A stretch of 64,000 bases of DNA from Octopus vulgaris (GCA_951406725.2 OX597835.1:39184001-39248000); one strand, 5' to 3'; shown: positions 1 to 14,531, counted from the stretch's first letter. A program made the numbers and translations. Notes: a model not told the origin generated them from the letters alone.

Positions 1-567
1 GACGATCGTGATGTTGATTATAGTGTTTACGATGGTGGTATAGTCATAATGGTGGCTATGATGGTAGTGGTTATGATGATGATGATGATGATGGTAGTGG
101 TTATGATGACGATGACGATGATAACGACGACGACGTTGACAGCCCCGACGACGATGACAGCTGCGACGGCGACGACGATGACAGCTGCGACGGCGACGAC
201 GATGACGATGACGATGATGATGATGATGATGATGACGACGACGACGACGATGCGAAGGAAGAAGGAGGAGTTGAACGATCCTTGCAACGATCTTCGTCAC
301 AACGTTGCACGTGTCCATGTTGGTTTGATAACAATCACGATGGCGGCGGTGACGAGTGTGGCGCCGCTCAACATCAGAGGTGCAGACGTGGAGGACCGTC
401 TCACCCTTAAACACCGGACATCGTCAATTAATGTTTCAAAGATCTTACATGGATTCGGTCAGCATCAAAAGAAAGCCAATATTTTATGGCGTATTGCACT
501 AATGAGATTGGAAATGTTATTGTGCAAGAGTCTGATAATTATTATAGTTTTTGTAGTTACGCACTTA

Positions 568-1186
568 GGTGCAGGCGTGACTGTGTGGTGAGAAGATCGC
601 TTCCCAACCACATTGTCCCCGGGTTCGGTTTCATTGAGTGGTATTGTCCCCGAGGCGGCGTGCTGGCAGAAACGTTAGCACGCCGGGAGAAATACTTGGC
701 GGTATTTCGTCTGCCGTTACGTTCTGAGTTCAAATTCCGCTGAGGTCGACTTTGCCTTTCATCCTTTCGGGGTCGATTAAATAAGTACCAGTTACGCACT
801 GGGGTCGATGTAATCGACTTAATCCGTTTGTCTGTCCTTGTTTGTCCCCTCTCTGTTTAGCCCCATTTGGGCAGTAAAGAAATAGGTATTTCGTCTGCCG
901 CTACGTTCTGAGTTCAAATTCCACCGAGGTCGACTTTGCCTTTCATCCTTTCGGGGTCGATAAAATAAGTACCAGTTACGCACTGGGGTCGATATAATCG
1001 GCTTAATCCGTTTGTCTGTCCTTGTTTGTCTCCTCTGAGTTTAGCCCCTTGTGAGTAGTAAAGAAATAGGTATTGTCCCCGAGTTCAGTTTCATTGAGTG
1101 GTACCTTGGGCAAATATCTTCTATTATAATCTCAGGCCGACAAAAACCTTATGGGTGGATTTGGTAAGCGGAAACTGAAAGAAACC

Positions 1187-1254
<68 letters not shown>

Positions 1255-1415
1255 TGTGTGCGTGCGTGTGTGTGTGTGTGCGCGCGCGTGCAAGTGTTTG
1301 GCCCACACCACCACTTGACAACTGGCGATGGTGTGTTTGCATCCCCGTAAATTAGCGGTTCGGCAAAAAGACAACGACAGAAGAAGTACCAGCCTTTAAA
1401 GAAATAAGTACTGGC
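568..1415 (+). mobile_element. SINE family A (tRNA-like head, internal TG microsatellite), interrupted by a family B SINE at 653-1070
   Basis: Head ggtgcaggcgtgactgtgtggt...gggttc resumes at 1071 with ccttgggcaa...ggaaactgaaagaaaccc, then (TG)n and ttagcggttcggcaaaa; the same module order recurs more than 10 times in the window. Confidence 0.85.
653..1070 (+). mobile_element. SINE family B, internally dimeric
   Basis: ggcggcgtgctggcagaaacgttagc head with B-box-like gagttcaaattcc; the ~185-bp body occurs twice; tattgtccccga on both sides (642-653, 1071-1082). Confidence 0.9.
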
Positions 1416-1424
1416 TTACTCTAC

Positions 1425-1678
1425 TCTTACTCTTTTACTCTTTTATTTGTTTCAGTCATTTGACTGTGGCCATGATGGAGCACCGCCTTTAGTCGAGCAA
1501 ATCGACCCCAGGACTTATTTTTTGTAAGCCTAGTACTTATTCTATCGGTCACTTTTGCCGAACCGCTAAGTTACGAGGACGTAAACACACCAGCATCGGT
1601 TGTCAATCGATGTTGGGGGGACAAACACAGACACACAAACATACACACACATACACACACACTCACTCACACATACAT

Positions 1679-1727
<49 letters not shown>

Positions 1728-1879
1728 TACGACGGGCTTCTTTCAGTTTCTGTCTACCAAATCCACTCACAAGGCTTTGGTCAGCCCGAGGCTATAGTAG
1801 AAGACACTTGCCCAAGGTGCCACGCAGTGGGACTGAACCCGAAACCATGTGCTACTTACCACACAGCCACTCCTACGCT
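1425..1879 (-). mobile_element. SINE family A, near full length
   Basis: Reverse complement of the family A head, microsatellite and 3' tail (tgactgaaacaa...aaaagagtaa). Confidence 0.9.
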
Positions 1880-2420
1880 TCAAGTCTTTCGGATTAATGA
1901 CTAAAACAAGTAAAAGATTAAAAAAATAAAAGAGATTTATTGTGAAAATAAATATAAGATTTACCCTTAAGAAAAAGAGATATTTTTTGGCTTTCTGTCC
2001 CTTTGGCACACATTCATGTAACCTTTTCCTGCCGTTTAAAGGTTAAAACTGTCTCCTTGTAAGTTTTCTTCTACAATTATGTCGATTCCTCCAGCTTAAA
2101 TTAGTTTATTTCTGCTGTAAATATGGGAAACACCTTTTACTTATCAACGTAACGTTATTCTGATCGTATTTTAAAAAAAAAATACTTTATACTTCGTGGA
2201 GTCTTGTTATTATGGTCATGGCTGGCAACACCCTAGTCTTCACTGAAGTTTAGAATGTGAATTTGTTTTGTTATCTGCTTTCCAAAGAGGAAGCTTTGTA
2301 TCTTTGTTGGAAGCTAGCTACTGCTTACAGGAAGAGTTCAGATGATAAAAAGCAGCCGAGAATGTATACGCATGCATACATGCATACATACATGCATACA
2401 TACATGCATACATACATACA

Positions 2421-2575
2421 TTTCTGAGGAATCTAATGCTCTCAAGATTAATCAGCCGAAATTGCGAGGATGATCCGGTTCTTGACTGAAGATTAAAAGC
2501 TTCGAATGACCCGTCCGTGTTTTTTGTATCATTTATTTGGATGTTTTGCGTTCTTGTCCCATTTTGTATTTTACA
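2421..2575 (+). repeat. Diverged solo 3' fragment of the 844-bp array family
   Basis: ctcaagattaatcagccgaaatt...gatgatccggttcttgactgaaga...ttcgaatg matches the array unit; flanked by (TACA)n and (TA)n. Confidence 0.85.
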
Positions 2576-2660
2576 TATATATATATATAGCGACGTACGT
2601 ACACTTTATTCTCTTACATGTAAGTACATACATACATACATACATACATACATACATACA

Positions 2661-2694
<34 letters not shown>

Positions 2695-3150
2695 GGTGTA
2701 GGCGTGACTATGTAGTAAGAAGCTTGCTCGTCAACCACATGGTTCCTGGTTTATTCCCATTGTGTGGCACCTTCGGCAAGTGTTTTCTCCTATAGCCTCA
2801 GGCCGATCAAAGCCTTTTGAGTGAATTTGGTTGACGGAAACTGAAAGAAACCCGTCGCATATATATACGGGGGACAAACACACACACATATATATATATG
2901 AGTATGTATGCATGAATGTATGTATGTATTTGTGTGTGTCTTTGTGTCTGTATTTGTCCCCACCACCACCATCACTTGACAACCGATGCTCATGTGTTTA
3001 CGTCCCCGTAACCTCGCGGTTCGACAAAAGCGACCGAGAGAATAATTACTACGCTAACAACGAATAAGTCCTGGGGTCGATTTCTTCGATAAAAAAAAAG
3101 CCTTAAAAGCGGTGCTCCAGCATGGCCACAGTCAAGTGAAAGTATAAATG
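2695..3150 (+). mobile_element. SINE family A
   Basis: Head, internal TA/TG repeat and tail gcggtgctccagcatggccacagtcaa. Confidence 0.88.
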
Positions 3151-3769
3151 AATGAAAGAATAGATACGTATGTGCTATGTTTTAGGGGGTGATTTTGGAG
3201 GGGGGTTAGTCCACTACGAATGCCAAGGGCCAGAACCCGTTACAGGATCTCCGAGATCTGCAAGAAGAAAAGAAGGATCGAGGGAAGGAAGGATGCGCGG
3301 ATGGGGAGAGGGTGGGGAATGAGAGAGGGTTGGGGGAGTGAGGGTGGGATGAATACGAAAGGGTGGGAGGGAGGATTCTTGGAGAAGTGGAAGAAGGGAA
3401 GGTTGGAGAGGAGTGGCAGGAGGTAGTACTCCCAAATCCGAAAGCTATCCTGAGTACTTGCAACATGATAGGCTCCGCTAAAGGCGCCCTCCTCCATGTC
3501 CCCGGTTGGTGGTGTTGAACCTATGTAGACTGCGGTGGGATTTGATCTCAGAATGCAAGCATCGGGAACAAATACTACAAGCCATCTGATCCCGATATTC
3601 TTACGGTTCTGCCAATACATCAACTTTGGTTGATTCTTGGTTTTATTGACTCTGGAAGGGTAAAAAGTAAAGTTGACCTCGACGGGATTTGAACATAAAA
3701 TGCCGAGACTCGAAACACATAACACGAAGCATTCTGCACCGTGCTCAAACAGCAGTACGAATTTGCTTA

Positions 3770-4714
<945 letters not shown>

Positions 4715-4949
4715 GGTGAAATTAATTAATTAGGGATAATTATCTTAAAATTGCATGATGGATTGCCGTCATTTCATTCTTTCTTTCTTACCTGTCTGTG
4801 TTTGCCTTTTAAGTGCTGTGTTTTTACTGAGATCCCCCTTTTAGTAGAAGGAATAGCTATATCTCTTTGACTGCTATTTCTAAATTCGGTGTGTTGGTGA
4901 GGCAATTCGTTGCTAAACCCTTAATTACTTAGTATATAAATATATATAC

Positions 4950-5001
<52 letters not shown>

Positions 5002-5018
5002 AGAGAGAGAGAGACAGA

Positions 5019-5071
<53 letters not shown>

Positions 5072-5269
5072 TGGGGAGAAAGATTTCCGTAAATCAAACA
5101 AGACATCTGACAAGGAATTCACTCGTTGCTGTTTGACAGATCTTGAAGAATCATTCCGACTCCAACAGCCCCAACACTAGCACCATCACCACCACCACCA
5201 TCACCACCACCACCACCACCTACACCCCCCACCAATACCACTGGCATTACTACAACGCCATCAATACCA

Positions 5270-5532
5270 CCACAACCACCTCCACCAGCACTTTCATCAT
5301 CATCATCATCGTCATCATCATCATCATCATCATCATCGTCATCGTCGTCGTCATCATCATCAGCATCATCATCATCGTCGTCATCATCATCCTCATATTC
5401 GATCTCACCGGCACCACCAACACCAACAACATTGCTTTTACTACTACAACCTGTGCCACTACACCGACCACCGGCACCACCACCATTACTAACAACGCTA
5501 TCCTTACCACCACGACCACCTCCACCAGCACT

Positions 5533-5598
<66 letters not shown>

Positions 5599-5745
5599 GT
5601 CGTCATCATCATCCTCATGTTCGATCTCACCGGCACCACCAACACCAACAACATTGTGCTTTTACAACTACAACCTGTGCCACTACACCGACCACCGGCA
5701 CCACCACCATTACTAACAACGCCATCTTTACCACCACGACCCATC
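5270..5745 (+). repeat. Two-copy ~240-bp tandem duplication containing (CAT)n
   Basis: tccaccagcactttcatc at 5281 and 5521; shared gatctcaccggcaccaccaacaccaacaacattg. Confidence 0.9.
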
Positions 5746-6369
5746 TCCGCTCCCACCTCTACCATCATCTCCAATTTCACCACCACCATCGACAACAACT
5801 GCACCACCCTCACTGCTACATCCAGCCCTACCACTACCACCACAAACCACCACCACAAACCACCACCACAAACCACCCCCACCTATATCGTATCCACCAC
5901 CACCGCCATTTACCGTTTACCATTTCCTATCAGCATCAGCTTCGCCATCAACAGAAGAACATCCAGCGTTTCTATGACGTTTGTACGTTCAGTTTTGAAC
6001 CGCTTAAGAAAGCAAGCTTCTAGGTTTGCGCGCAACCTTTATAACGACGATGGTTCTTGTACACATCATTAAGACAGAGATCAAAAGATCAGAAGGAGGC
6101 GGGGCTTGACGACCGACCAACATTTTGTATACTTAACATTCTTGCAGTCTCAATGCTTTCAATTCCTTTGCTATCTGTTTGGTTGTATTATCTCTTGTTA
6201 TCTCTTCTTATTTCTACTTATCTTGATTTGACTTCTGAGACGTATCAAGCCAAAAACCGATGTTTGTGCTTGTCAAGTATGTAATAGCGTTCGTGGATAT
6301 AAGGATGGATGGATGGATGGATGGATGAATGGATGGATTGATGGATCTATGTATGTATATGTGAATGCG

Positions 6370-6660
6370 AGCAGTCAAATTAATAAGGCGTTACACTCAC
6401 GGTCACAAAATCGTGCTTTCGATTCCCGATCTGAACGATGCGTTGAGTTCTTGAGCAAAATACTTCACTTCACGTCATTCTGCAATCACATCGACATCTG
6501 ACGTTTGGTAAACTTTTTTGTACCTGTACAGGTAATACCCATTTGATGGAAGGATTCAGCTTATATACAACACAAACATCTGATAACTACAAACAGACAT
6601 CATCTACACAGGTTGTTCGAAAAGTAATTGCAGATCTTCACCCGTCGTTTTTTTTATCGG
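6370..6660 (+). mobile_element. Degenerate tRNA-headed SINE related to family C
   Basis: ttcgattcccg...ttcttgagcaaaatacttcacttcacgt resembles the reverse complement of 39900-40070 and 57380-57480. Confidence 0.55.
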
Positions 6661-6820
6661 TAGCAAATACAAATTTGGCTAATTTTGGAAGAAAACCGGC
6701 ATTTTTTGTATTTGCAGCCGATAAAAAAAAAACTCACGTGTGTGGTGGATTTTGAAAAATTATAACATGTAAACATGAGGCATGTTCTGTATCGCCTCGT
6801 CTTTATATGTTAATCTTGGC

Positions 6821-6905
6821 TTTCCTGCTGATGAGAGCTTCGCCTAGTAAATTATTTTATTCGCTGAAGATAGCTTGAAAATGTTTTTTTATTTTACATT
6901 CCCTT
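6821..6905 (+). ncRNA. Hammerhead ribozyme-like motif (incomplete; stem I not formed)
   Basis: CUGAUGA 6828-6834, stem II GAGCU/AGCUU (6835-6839/6872-6876), GAAA 6877-6880, stem III AUGU/ACAU, UC at 6900-6901. Confidence 0.45.
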
Positions 6906-6998
6906 TCGAAATTACCCCTAATAGTGGTTTGGAGTAGAACTACTCCTAGATGTCCTGTTATGGCCATCTCTTATGTGTTTAAATGTACACAGTATTTA

Positions 6999-7105
<107 letters not shown>

Positions 7106-7114
7106 ATATGTTTG

Positions 7115-7420
7115 GAGAGACGGAAGATGGAAGATACGAGATTTTTTTATTAATCACTACAATCGTTTCGAGACATCTAGCATCGATCCCTCATGGGTGG
7201 GATACTTAACAACTGGTTCAGGAACATCCGACGGGGCAGATGTTTCTCTTCGGTTGAGAAATAGATATAACACGTTAAAATAACAGTTCCACAATGTATC
7301 TTCTCAAAGCAACATTATATAGCTTCATTTATATAGAAGGTTAATAATAAAGTAACAGATGCAAAAAAGAAACGGACACTCAATACAGCGAAAAAAAGTA
7401 TTAATATAACCGTTAACGGA
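7115..7420 (-). repeat. Putative Penelope pseudo-LTR (3' copy), inverted relative to 8115-8432
   Basis: Shares gatccctca.gggtgggatacttaacaactggttcagga and atagatataac.cgttaaaataaca with the reverse complement of 8115-8432. Confidence 0.65.
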
Positions 7421-7649
7421 TATGGATGTATAAACGCCTTTGCGTATGTTGTATGGCGCATGTACACTCGCTCATACAAGCATCCACAAAGATGTACGCA
7501 TATGCACACGTGTGGTTTGGCGCACATACGTTCACCTAGCGAATTAAATAGCTACTTGATGTTTATAAGAACAGGGAGGTTAGAGCTAAATTTAATTCAT
7601 CCATGCTTTAAGGTGAATTATGCTAACAATTACTCAAATTCATTTTCAC

Positions 7650-8075
7650 TGCATTATGCGAAAGTGTATTTATATGCATATAAGCATCTCCAGAGCCTTG
7701 CAGAAATTTTATTAATGGTCTTTTATTAATGGACCACAGAATAGACAAGGATTCCTCGGAGCAGATTCGGCATCTCCTGGAAATGATATTATATAGTTAT
7801 TCGTGCCTTACTATGGACCAAGTTATGTTAAACTTAATTTTATCTTCCTTCAGTCGCCACACAAAATCGGCCAAAGATGTTGAATGTCTCTTTTTAATTT
7901 TCTTAAAGCTGGTGTCATGGTTGCAATAATGATTCTTGAATGAATCAGCCGTTACCCCAATGTAAGCATACACACTTCCCCTTATGTGTAAGGTACATTT
8001 ATATACAACATTTGTACTCATACAGAGGTTCATCAATGGGCATTTTGATTTTTCTCTGCATGTGCATTTATTATA
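7650..8075 (-). pseudogene. Penelope-like retroelement GIY-YIG endonuclease fragment (5'-truncated, in-frame stop at 7797-7799)
   Basis: CTCREKSKCPLMNLCMSTNVVYKC...YIGVTADSFKNHYCNHDTSF...STSLADFVWRLK...ITWSIV; beyond the stop the frame continues LYNIISRRCRICSEE. This matches the Penelope CxC..CPL..C / VVY..YIG / H..SF / CxxC..E pattern. Confidence 0.88.
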
Positions 8076-8114
8076 TATATTTGTATATATGACAGTTCTG
8101 ACTTCATTTTCCGA

Positions 8115-8432
8115 CGTTGTTACCGTGTTATCTATATTACAATTATTTCTGCTATCACGATTTAGCCGTATCTGGTACATTGTTACATCTCTTATTTTAT
8201 TATTGATATTCTATATAAATGAAGTTCTATCCATTAATTTGATGCTTTTCTTCACAGGAACTGAGAAGATACATTGCAGAATTGTTATTTTAACGAGTTA
8301 TATCTATTAGCCGAAGAGACACATCTGCACCATCGGATGCTCCTGAACCAGTTGTTAAGTATCCCACCCGTGAGGGATCGAAACAATTGTAGTAATTAAT
8401 AAAGATTCTCGTATCTACTATCTTCCATCTCT
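8115..8432 (+). repeat. Putative inverted Penelope pseudo-LTR at the truncated 5' end
   Basis: Diverged inverted copy of 7115-7420; contains GAAAC-AATT-GTA, a hammerhead stem III-like motif (8380-8391). Confidence 0.65.
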
Positions 8433-8538
8433 CATTAGCCAAATACATAACAAACACTGTGAAAGTGATCATACATTATCAGTAAGCTACCAGATAAAAG
8501 CTATTCATGTTATTATCTACTAACTGTGTGTGTGTGTG

Positions 8539-8614
<76 letters not shown>

Positions 8615-9060
8615 TACCCGAAACCGGACTGGCCTGCTGGTACCGTCGATAGAAGGTGGTAGGGGTTCGCTTCCCAGCTCGCAATATCTCGGACGCAGCC
8701 GTGAATCGTTAACAAGCTAGAAGACATGTCCTCCTGGGGTTACAAAACCGCAGTAAAGTCCATTCGAACGGACAACCATGTTGAAGCGGCTACGAACATT
8801 CATTGTTAGTACAACTATTGCGTTGATCTCTTAAAGATTTTGGAACTATCATTTTTGCGCGGGTATATATATATATATACACATACATGTATGCGTGTAT
8901 GTATGATGCATGAAGACATGTATGTATGTATGTATGTATGTATGTATGTATGTATGTATGTATGTATGTGGAAAATCCTAGAAGGGCACGTTCCAAACTT
9001 CAACTTTAGAGAGAATTTTATTGCACAAACTAGTTGATATTATCAGCTTCCAAATATATA

Positions 9061-9585
<525 letters not shown>

Positions 9586-10204
9586 TACTGTTACGTCGTT
9601 TTTAAGTTAAGTCCTAATTTCTTCTGAACCAATTACCAACGAAATTTGAGATTTACCTGTATATTTCAGGTGATACTGATATTTCGATATTTCGACAACC
9701 GTCCACCTTAACCCACTTCTATTCCGTTCCACTTAGCCTCCTCCTACCGTAATAAATACAACCAGACATACACAACCACATACTTCCCACCTATTTCCTA
9801 CCACCATCACCGCCATCCCGACATCCTGCCACCTTAGATTGATATTTCAGACCACAATAACATTTGAGATTCTATGAATCTTTCTTGGTGATTGCCATTG
9901 ATTCTATTACGGCTTGCCGCTGCCTTAATATATGTCTGTCAAATGCAGTAACGGTTAATGCTTTGTCTTTCTTATCAGCTGCCTCTTGGCGTGCGCTTGC
10001 ATCACCATTCTCGTTTGACATATCGCTAAAGAGTTTATGCTAAGATGCACATGAAAATTTGAATTACCCAATGAAGAATACAGCAACTGCAACGGAAATC
10101 GGCAGCGGCAACTGCAATTGCAAACCGACCAGCAAACCGACCGACAAGCAAACCAGCCAACAAACCGACCGACCTTCTTACCAACAGATTGCAAATAACG
10201 ACAA

Positions 10205-10352
10205 CATGTCGGTAGAAACGCTTGTACGCCGGACAAAATGCTTGATGGCGTTTCTTTCGCCTTTACGTTCTGAGTTCAAATTTCGCCGAGGTCGACTGTG
10301 ACTTTCATCCTTTCGGGGAAGGATAAAGTGAGTACCAGTTGAACACTGGGGT
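10205..10352 (+). mobile_element. SINE family B, degenerate or truncated
   Basis: ttacgttctgagttcaaatttcgccgaggtcgac...catcctttcgggg. Confidence 0.75.
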
Positions 10353-10389
10353 TGCCTTCACCTCACCGACTGCGGCCTCCGTCACAAAC

Positions 10390-10960
10390 AGCACCCACCA
10401 CCACTAACTCCGCCACTAACCTTCTCCGCCTTGTCACTACTTCTATTAACACCTCCACCACCTTCACCGTCTCCACCACCATCTTCACCTTCTTCACCAC
10501 CATCATCCACCGTCTCCACCACTTCCACCATGCCACCATCTCCACCTTCACCACTACCATCACCTCCACCGTTCCCACCACCTCCACTGTCTTCTCAACT
10601 ACCTCCACCATTCCTACCACCTCCATCTACCGTCTCCACCACCACCTCCACCATGCCACCACTTCCACCTTCACCACCACCATCCAACGTCTCCAGCACC
10701 ACCTCCAGCGTTCCCACCACCACCACCCCACCCTCTCTACCACCACCTCCACCATCTCCACCACGGCCACCCTCTCTACCACCATCACCTCCACCGTCTC
10801 CATCACCACCATTTACCCCGCCACCCTCTCCACCACCACCATCCACCCTCTCCACCACCTCCACCGTTTCCAGCTCCACCATCACCACCGTCGCCTTCAC
10901 CTCTCCGACAGCCGCCCCCGTCACACCCAGCATCCACCACCACCACCACCACCACCACCT
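10390..10960. repeat. (CCA/CAT)-rich low-complexity tract
   Basis: Degenerate trinucleotide repeats, open in several frames. Confidence 0.9.
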
Positions 10961-11264
10961 AATTCCGCTTGAAGAAAACCTTCTGTAGCAATTATTCTGG
11001 CCAATGTCTCCGGTATGAAGTCAAGTTCCTTCCTACGTTCCTTCATTTCTTCCTTTCTTCTCCCCCTCCCCCGCTAGTCTGCGAGGCCCTGTAAAAGATC
11101 CAGGGCGGTGCACTTCCTCGTTTAATTAAGCCATGTAGGATAAGAAACCAATGAATGTCATTACGCTAAACATTGTAAAAGGACAATGCATTCTGGGTAT
11201 TTATGGCTTCCTGTTGAGATAACGACTTGATAGCTATTACAGCTGGAATATACAACACACAGAC

Positions 11265-11840
<576 letters not shown>

Positions 11841-11979
11841 TGTTCAGATTTGATTTCATTTAACGATTTATCCTTTCATTCACAAAAATCGATAAATATC
11901 GAACACCAATGAACTACGAATACCAATAATTTACATCGACTCCATTTCTATCCTTCATTTCAATAATTCAAAAACGGAA

Positions 11980-13080
11980 ACATGACTGTGGGAATAAGTT
12001 TATTTCCTCAGTTCGGTTCCCCTGCGTGGCACCTTGAGTAAGTTGTCTTCTACGATTGCCACAGGTCGACCAAAGGCTTGTGAATGACTTTGGGAGACGA
12101 AAACTGAAAAAAGCCCATTATATGTGTAGGAAAAACGTGAAGAAGGTTGTTGCAAAAAATGGAACGAGAAAAAGAAATGGAATCAAGAACTACGATTCTA
12201 GTCCTCCTTGATTGCAAAAAGTTCATTGGTTTAAAACAAAATAACAGAAAATATGTCGCAGTCTGGGAGCCAGTAACTCAATCCAGAGTGGGTGGTGCCC
12301 TCCAGTTCGATAAACGAAACTTTTCCATATAACTACACCTGCTAAAAATTTCAGATCTCGAATTAAGCAATGTGTTGGAATTGCTGGATCGAACAAGAAA
12401 ATATGGCAGACTCTGGTCGACCCGAGGTGACACTTGCCCAAGCTACTACGCAGTGGGACTGAACCCAAAATCATGTGGTTGGAAGGCAAATTTCTTGCTA
12501 CACAGCCTACGCCTGCACCTAACAGCATTCTCTTAATTGTGGGTTAATACTTCAATATGTTCGGTTTCGTCTTCCTTTGTTCTAGGGTCGAGAAACTAAA
12601 GTGCCAGCTGAGAACTGTATTTGTAATAGACGCGTGCTTTCGGGTCCAATCCCACTGCGCGGCACATTGGATAAGAGTCTCCTACTTTAGCCCCGAGCCA
12701 ATCAGTGCCTTGTGAGTAAATTTTCTTTCTTTTACTTGCTTCAGGCATTTGACTGCTGCCATGCTGGAGCACCACCTTTAGTCCAACAAATCGACCCGAG
12801 GACTTATTCTTTTTGAGTCTAGTACTTATCCTATCAGTCTCTTTTGCCGAACTGCTGAGTTACGGGGGCGTAACACACTAACATCGGTTGTCAAGCGATG
12901 ATGGGGGACAAATACAGACACACAAACATATACACGCACATACCAAATCCACTCACAAGGCTTTGGTCGGCCCGAGGCTATAGTAGAAAGCACTTGCCCA
13001 AAGTGTCACTCAGTGGGACTGAACCCGGAACCATGCAATTGGAAAGTAAGCTTCTGACCACACAGCCACTCCTGCACCTA
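11980..13080. mobile_element. Cluster of family A SINE fragments (11980-12125 +, 12410-12520 -, 12640-12720 +, 12725-13080 -)
   Basis: Repeated matches to cccactgcgtggcaccttgg and gctggagcacc modules. Confidence 0.8.
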
Positions 13081-13100
13081 TGATATATATATGTATATAT

Positions 13101-14531
13101 TTCAGTCAAGAACCGGATCATCGTAGTAATTTCGGCTGATTAATCTTGAGATTACTAGATCACGGCCAGCCCTCCAAGAAAAACCAAGCAACGAGCATTA
13201 GAAAAACTAAGCTGGAAGCGTAGATTTCCTGGAAGAAGGATCGAATGCATACGAACACCAGGACAGCAAAAGGGACAGATATAAAAAAACAAAAAACAAT
13301 AATGGAATACAGAAACATGAAATACAGAAGCATTAACGGTGAAAACAACAGTGTCTTACGACTGGTAACAAGCAAACAAATTTTTTCTCTGGCGCAATGG
13401 AAAAAGCCTTTATAGTGGCGGACGAAAACAGCGATGTTAACAGAACGAGGGTCAGAGGCTGAAAGGCAGATTTCGGCCAACAGTCACGTGACAGAGAAGA
13501 GGAAAAGAAAAGAAAGAGAAGCAAAGGAAGAGAGAGAGAGGAGGGACAAACGCAACAAAGAGAGAGAAGAGAGAGAAAGAAGGAATCAGAGAGGAGAAGG
13601 GATGGGTGTCGAAGAATGACCTGTGAGTGCAGAGCGAGACAAAGAAATAGGAGGGTAGTGGAAGACTAGACCAAAGAATCAGAGGAAAGAGAAGAGAAAA
13701 AGAGGATGAGTAGAGAGAAAAGAGAGAGAGGGGGACAGATCAAGTAAAAATGAGAGAGAGAGAGAGACAAACAGAGAGTCGTACCAATTATTAAGAATAT
13801 GTGCTCACATAAATGTTAAGGGGGGTACGGGGCGCCTGGAATATATGTTAAGGTATGTAGAAAAATACAACATGGACAAGAACGTATAACTCTTAGAAGA
13901 CGACACAATAAACACGGACAGGACATTCGAAACCCTCAGTCTTCAGTCAAGAACCGGATCATCGTAGTAATTTCGGCTGATTAATCTTGAGATTACTAGA
14001 TCACGGCCAGCCCTCCAAGAAAAACCAAGCAACGAGCATTAGAAAAACTAAGCTGGAAGCGTAGATTTCCTGGAAGAAGGATCGAATGCATACGAACACC
14101 AGGACAGCAAAAGGGACAGATATAAAAAAACAAAAAACAATAATGGAATACAGAAACATGAAATACAGAAGCATTAACGGTGAAAACAACAGTGTCTTAC
14201 GACTGGTAACAAGCAAACAAATTTTTTCTCTGGCGCAATGGAAAAAGCCTTTATAGTGGCGGACGAAAACAGCGATGTTAACAGAACGAGGGTCAGAGGC
14301 TGAAAGGCAGATTTCGGCCAACAGTCACGTGACAGAGAAGAGGGAAAAGAAAAGAAAGAGAAGCAAAGGAAGAGAGAGAGAGAGGAGGGACAAACGCAAC
14401 AAAGAGAGAGAAGAGAGAGAAAGAAGGAATCAGAGAGGAGAAGGGATGGGTGTCGAAGAATGACCTGTGAGTGCAGAGCGAGACAAAGAAATAGGAGGGT
14501 AGTGGAAGACTAGACCAAAGAATCAGAGGAA
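13101..14531 (-). repeat. Inverted arm of the 844-bp tandem array (~1.7 units)
   Basis: ttcagtcaagaaccggatc at 13101 and 13942; reverse complement of 14724 to ~16160 apart from microsatellite indels. Confidence 0.97.

Noticed and set aside
3200-3510. GC-rich minus-strand segment resembling a LINE 3' UTR
   Set aside because: Single copy in the window with no coding remnant, so it cannot be classified
5143-6072. 309-aa Thr/Ile-rich ORF
   Set aside because: Built from CAC/CAT microsatellites and a 240-bp duplication, with a non-ATG start
12147-12400. Possible Tc1/mariner remnant (NFRSRIKQCVGIAG)
   Set aside because: Resemblance is limited to a few residues and no TIRs were found
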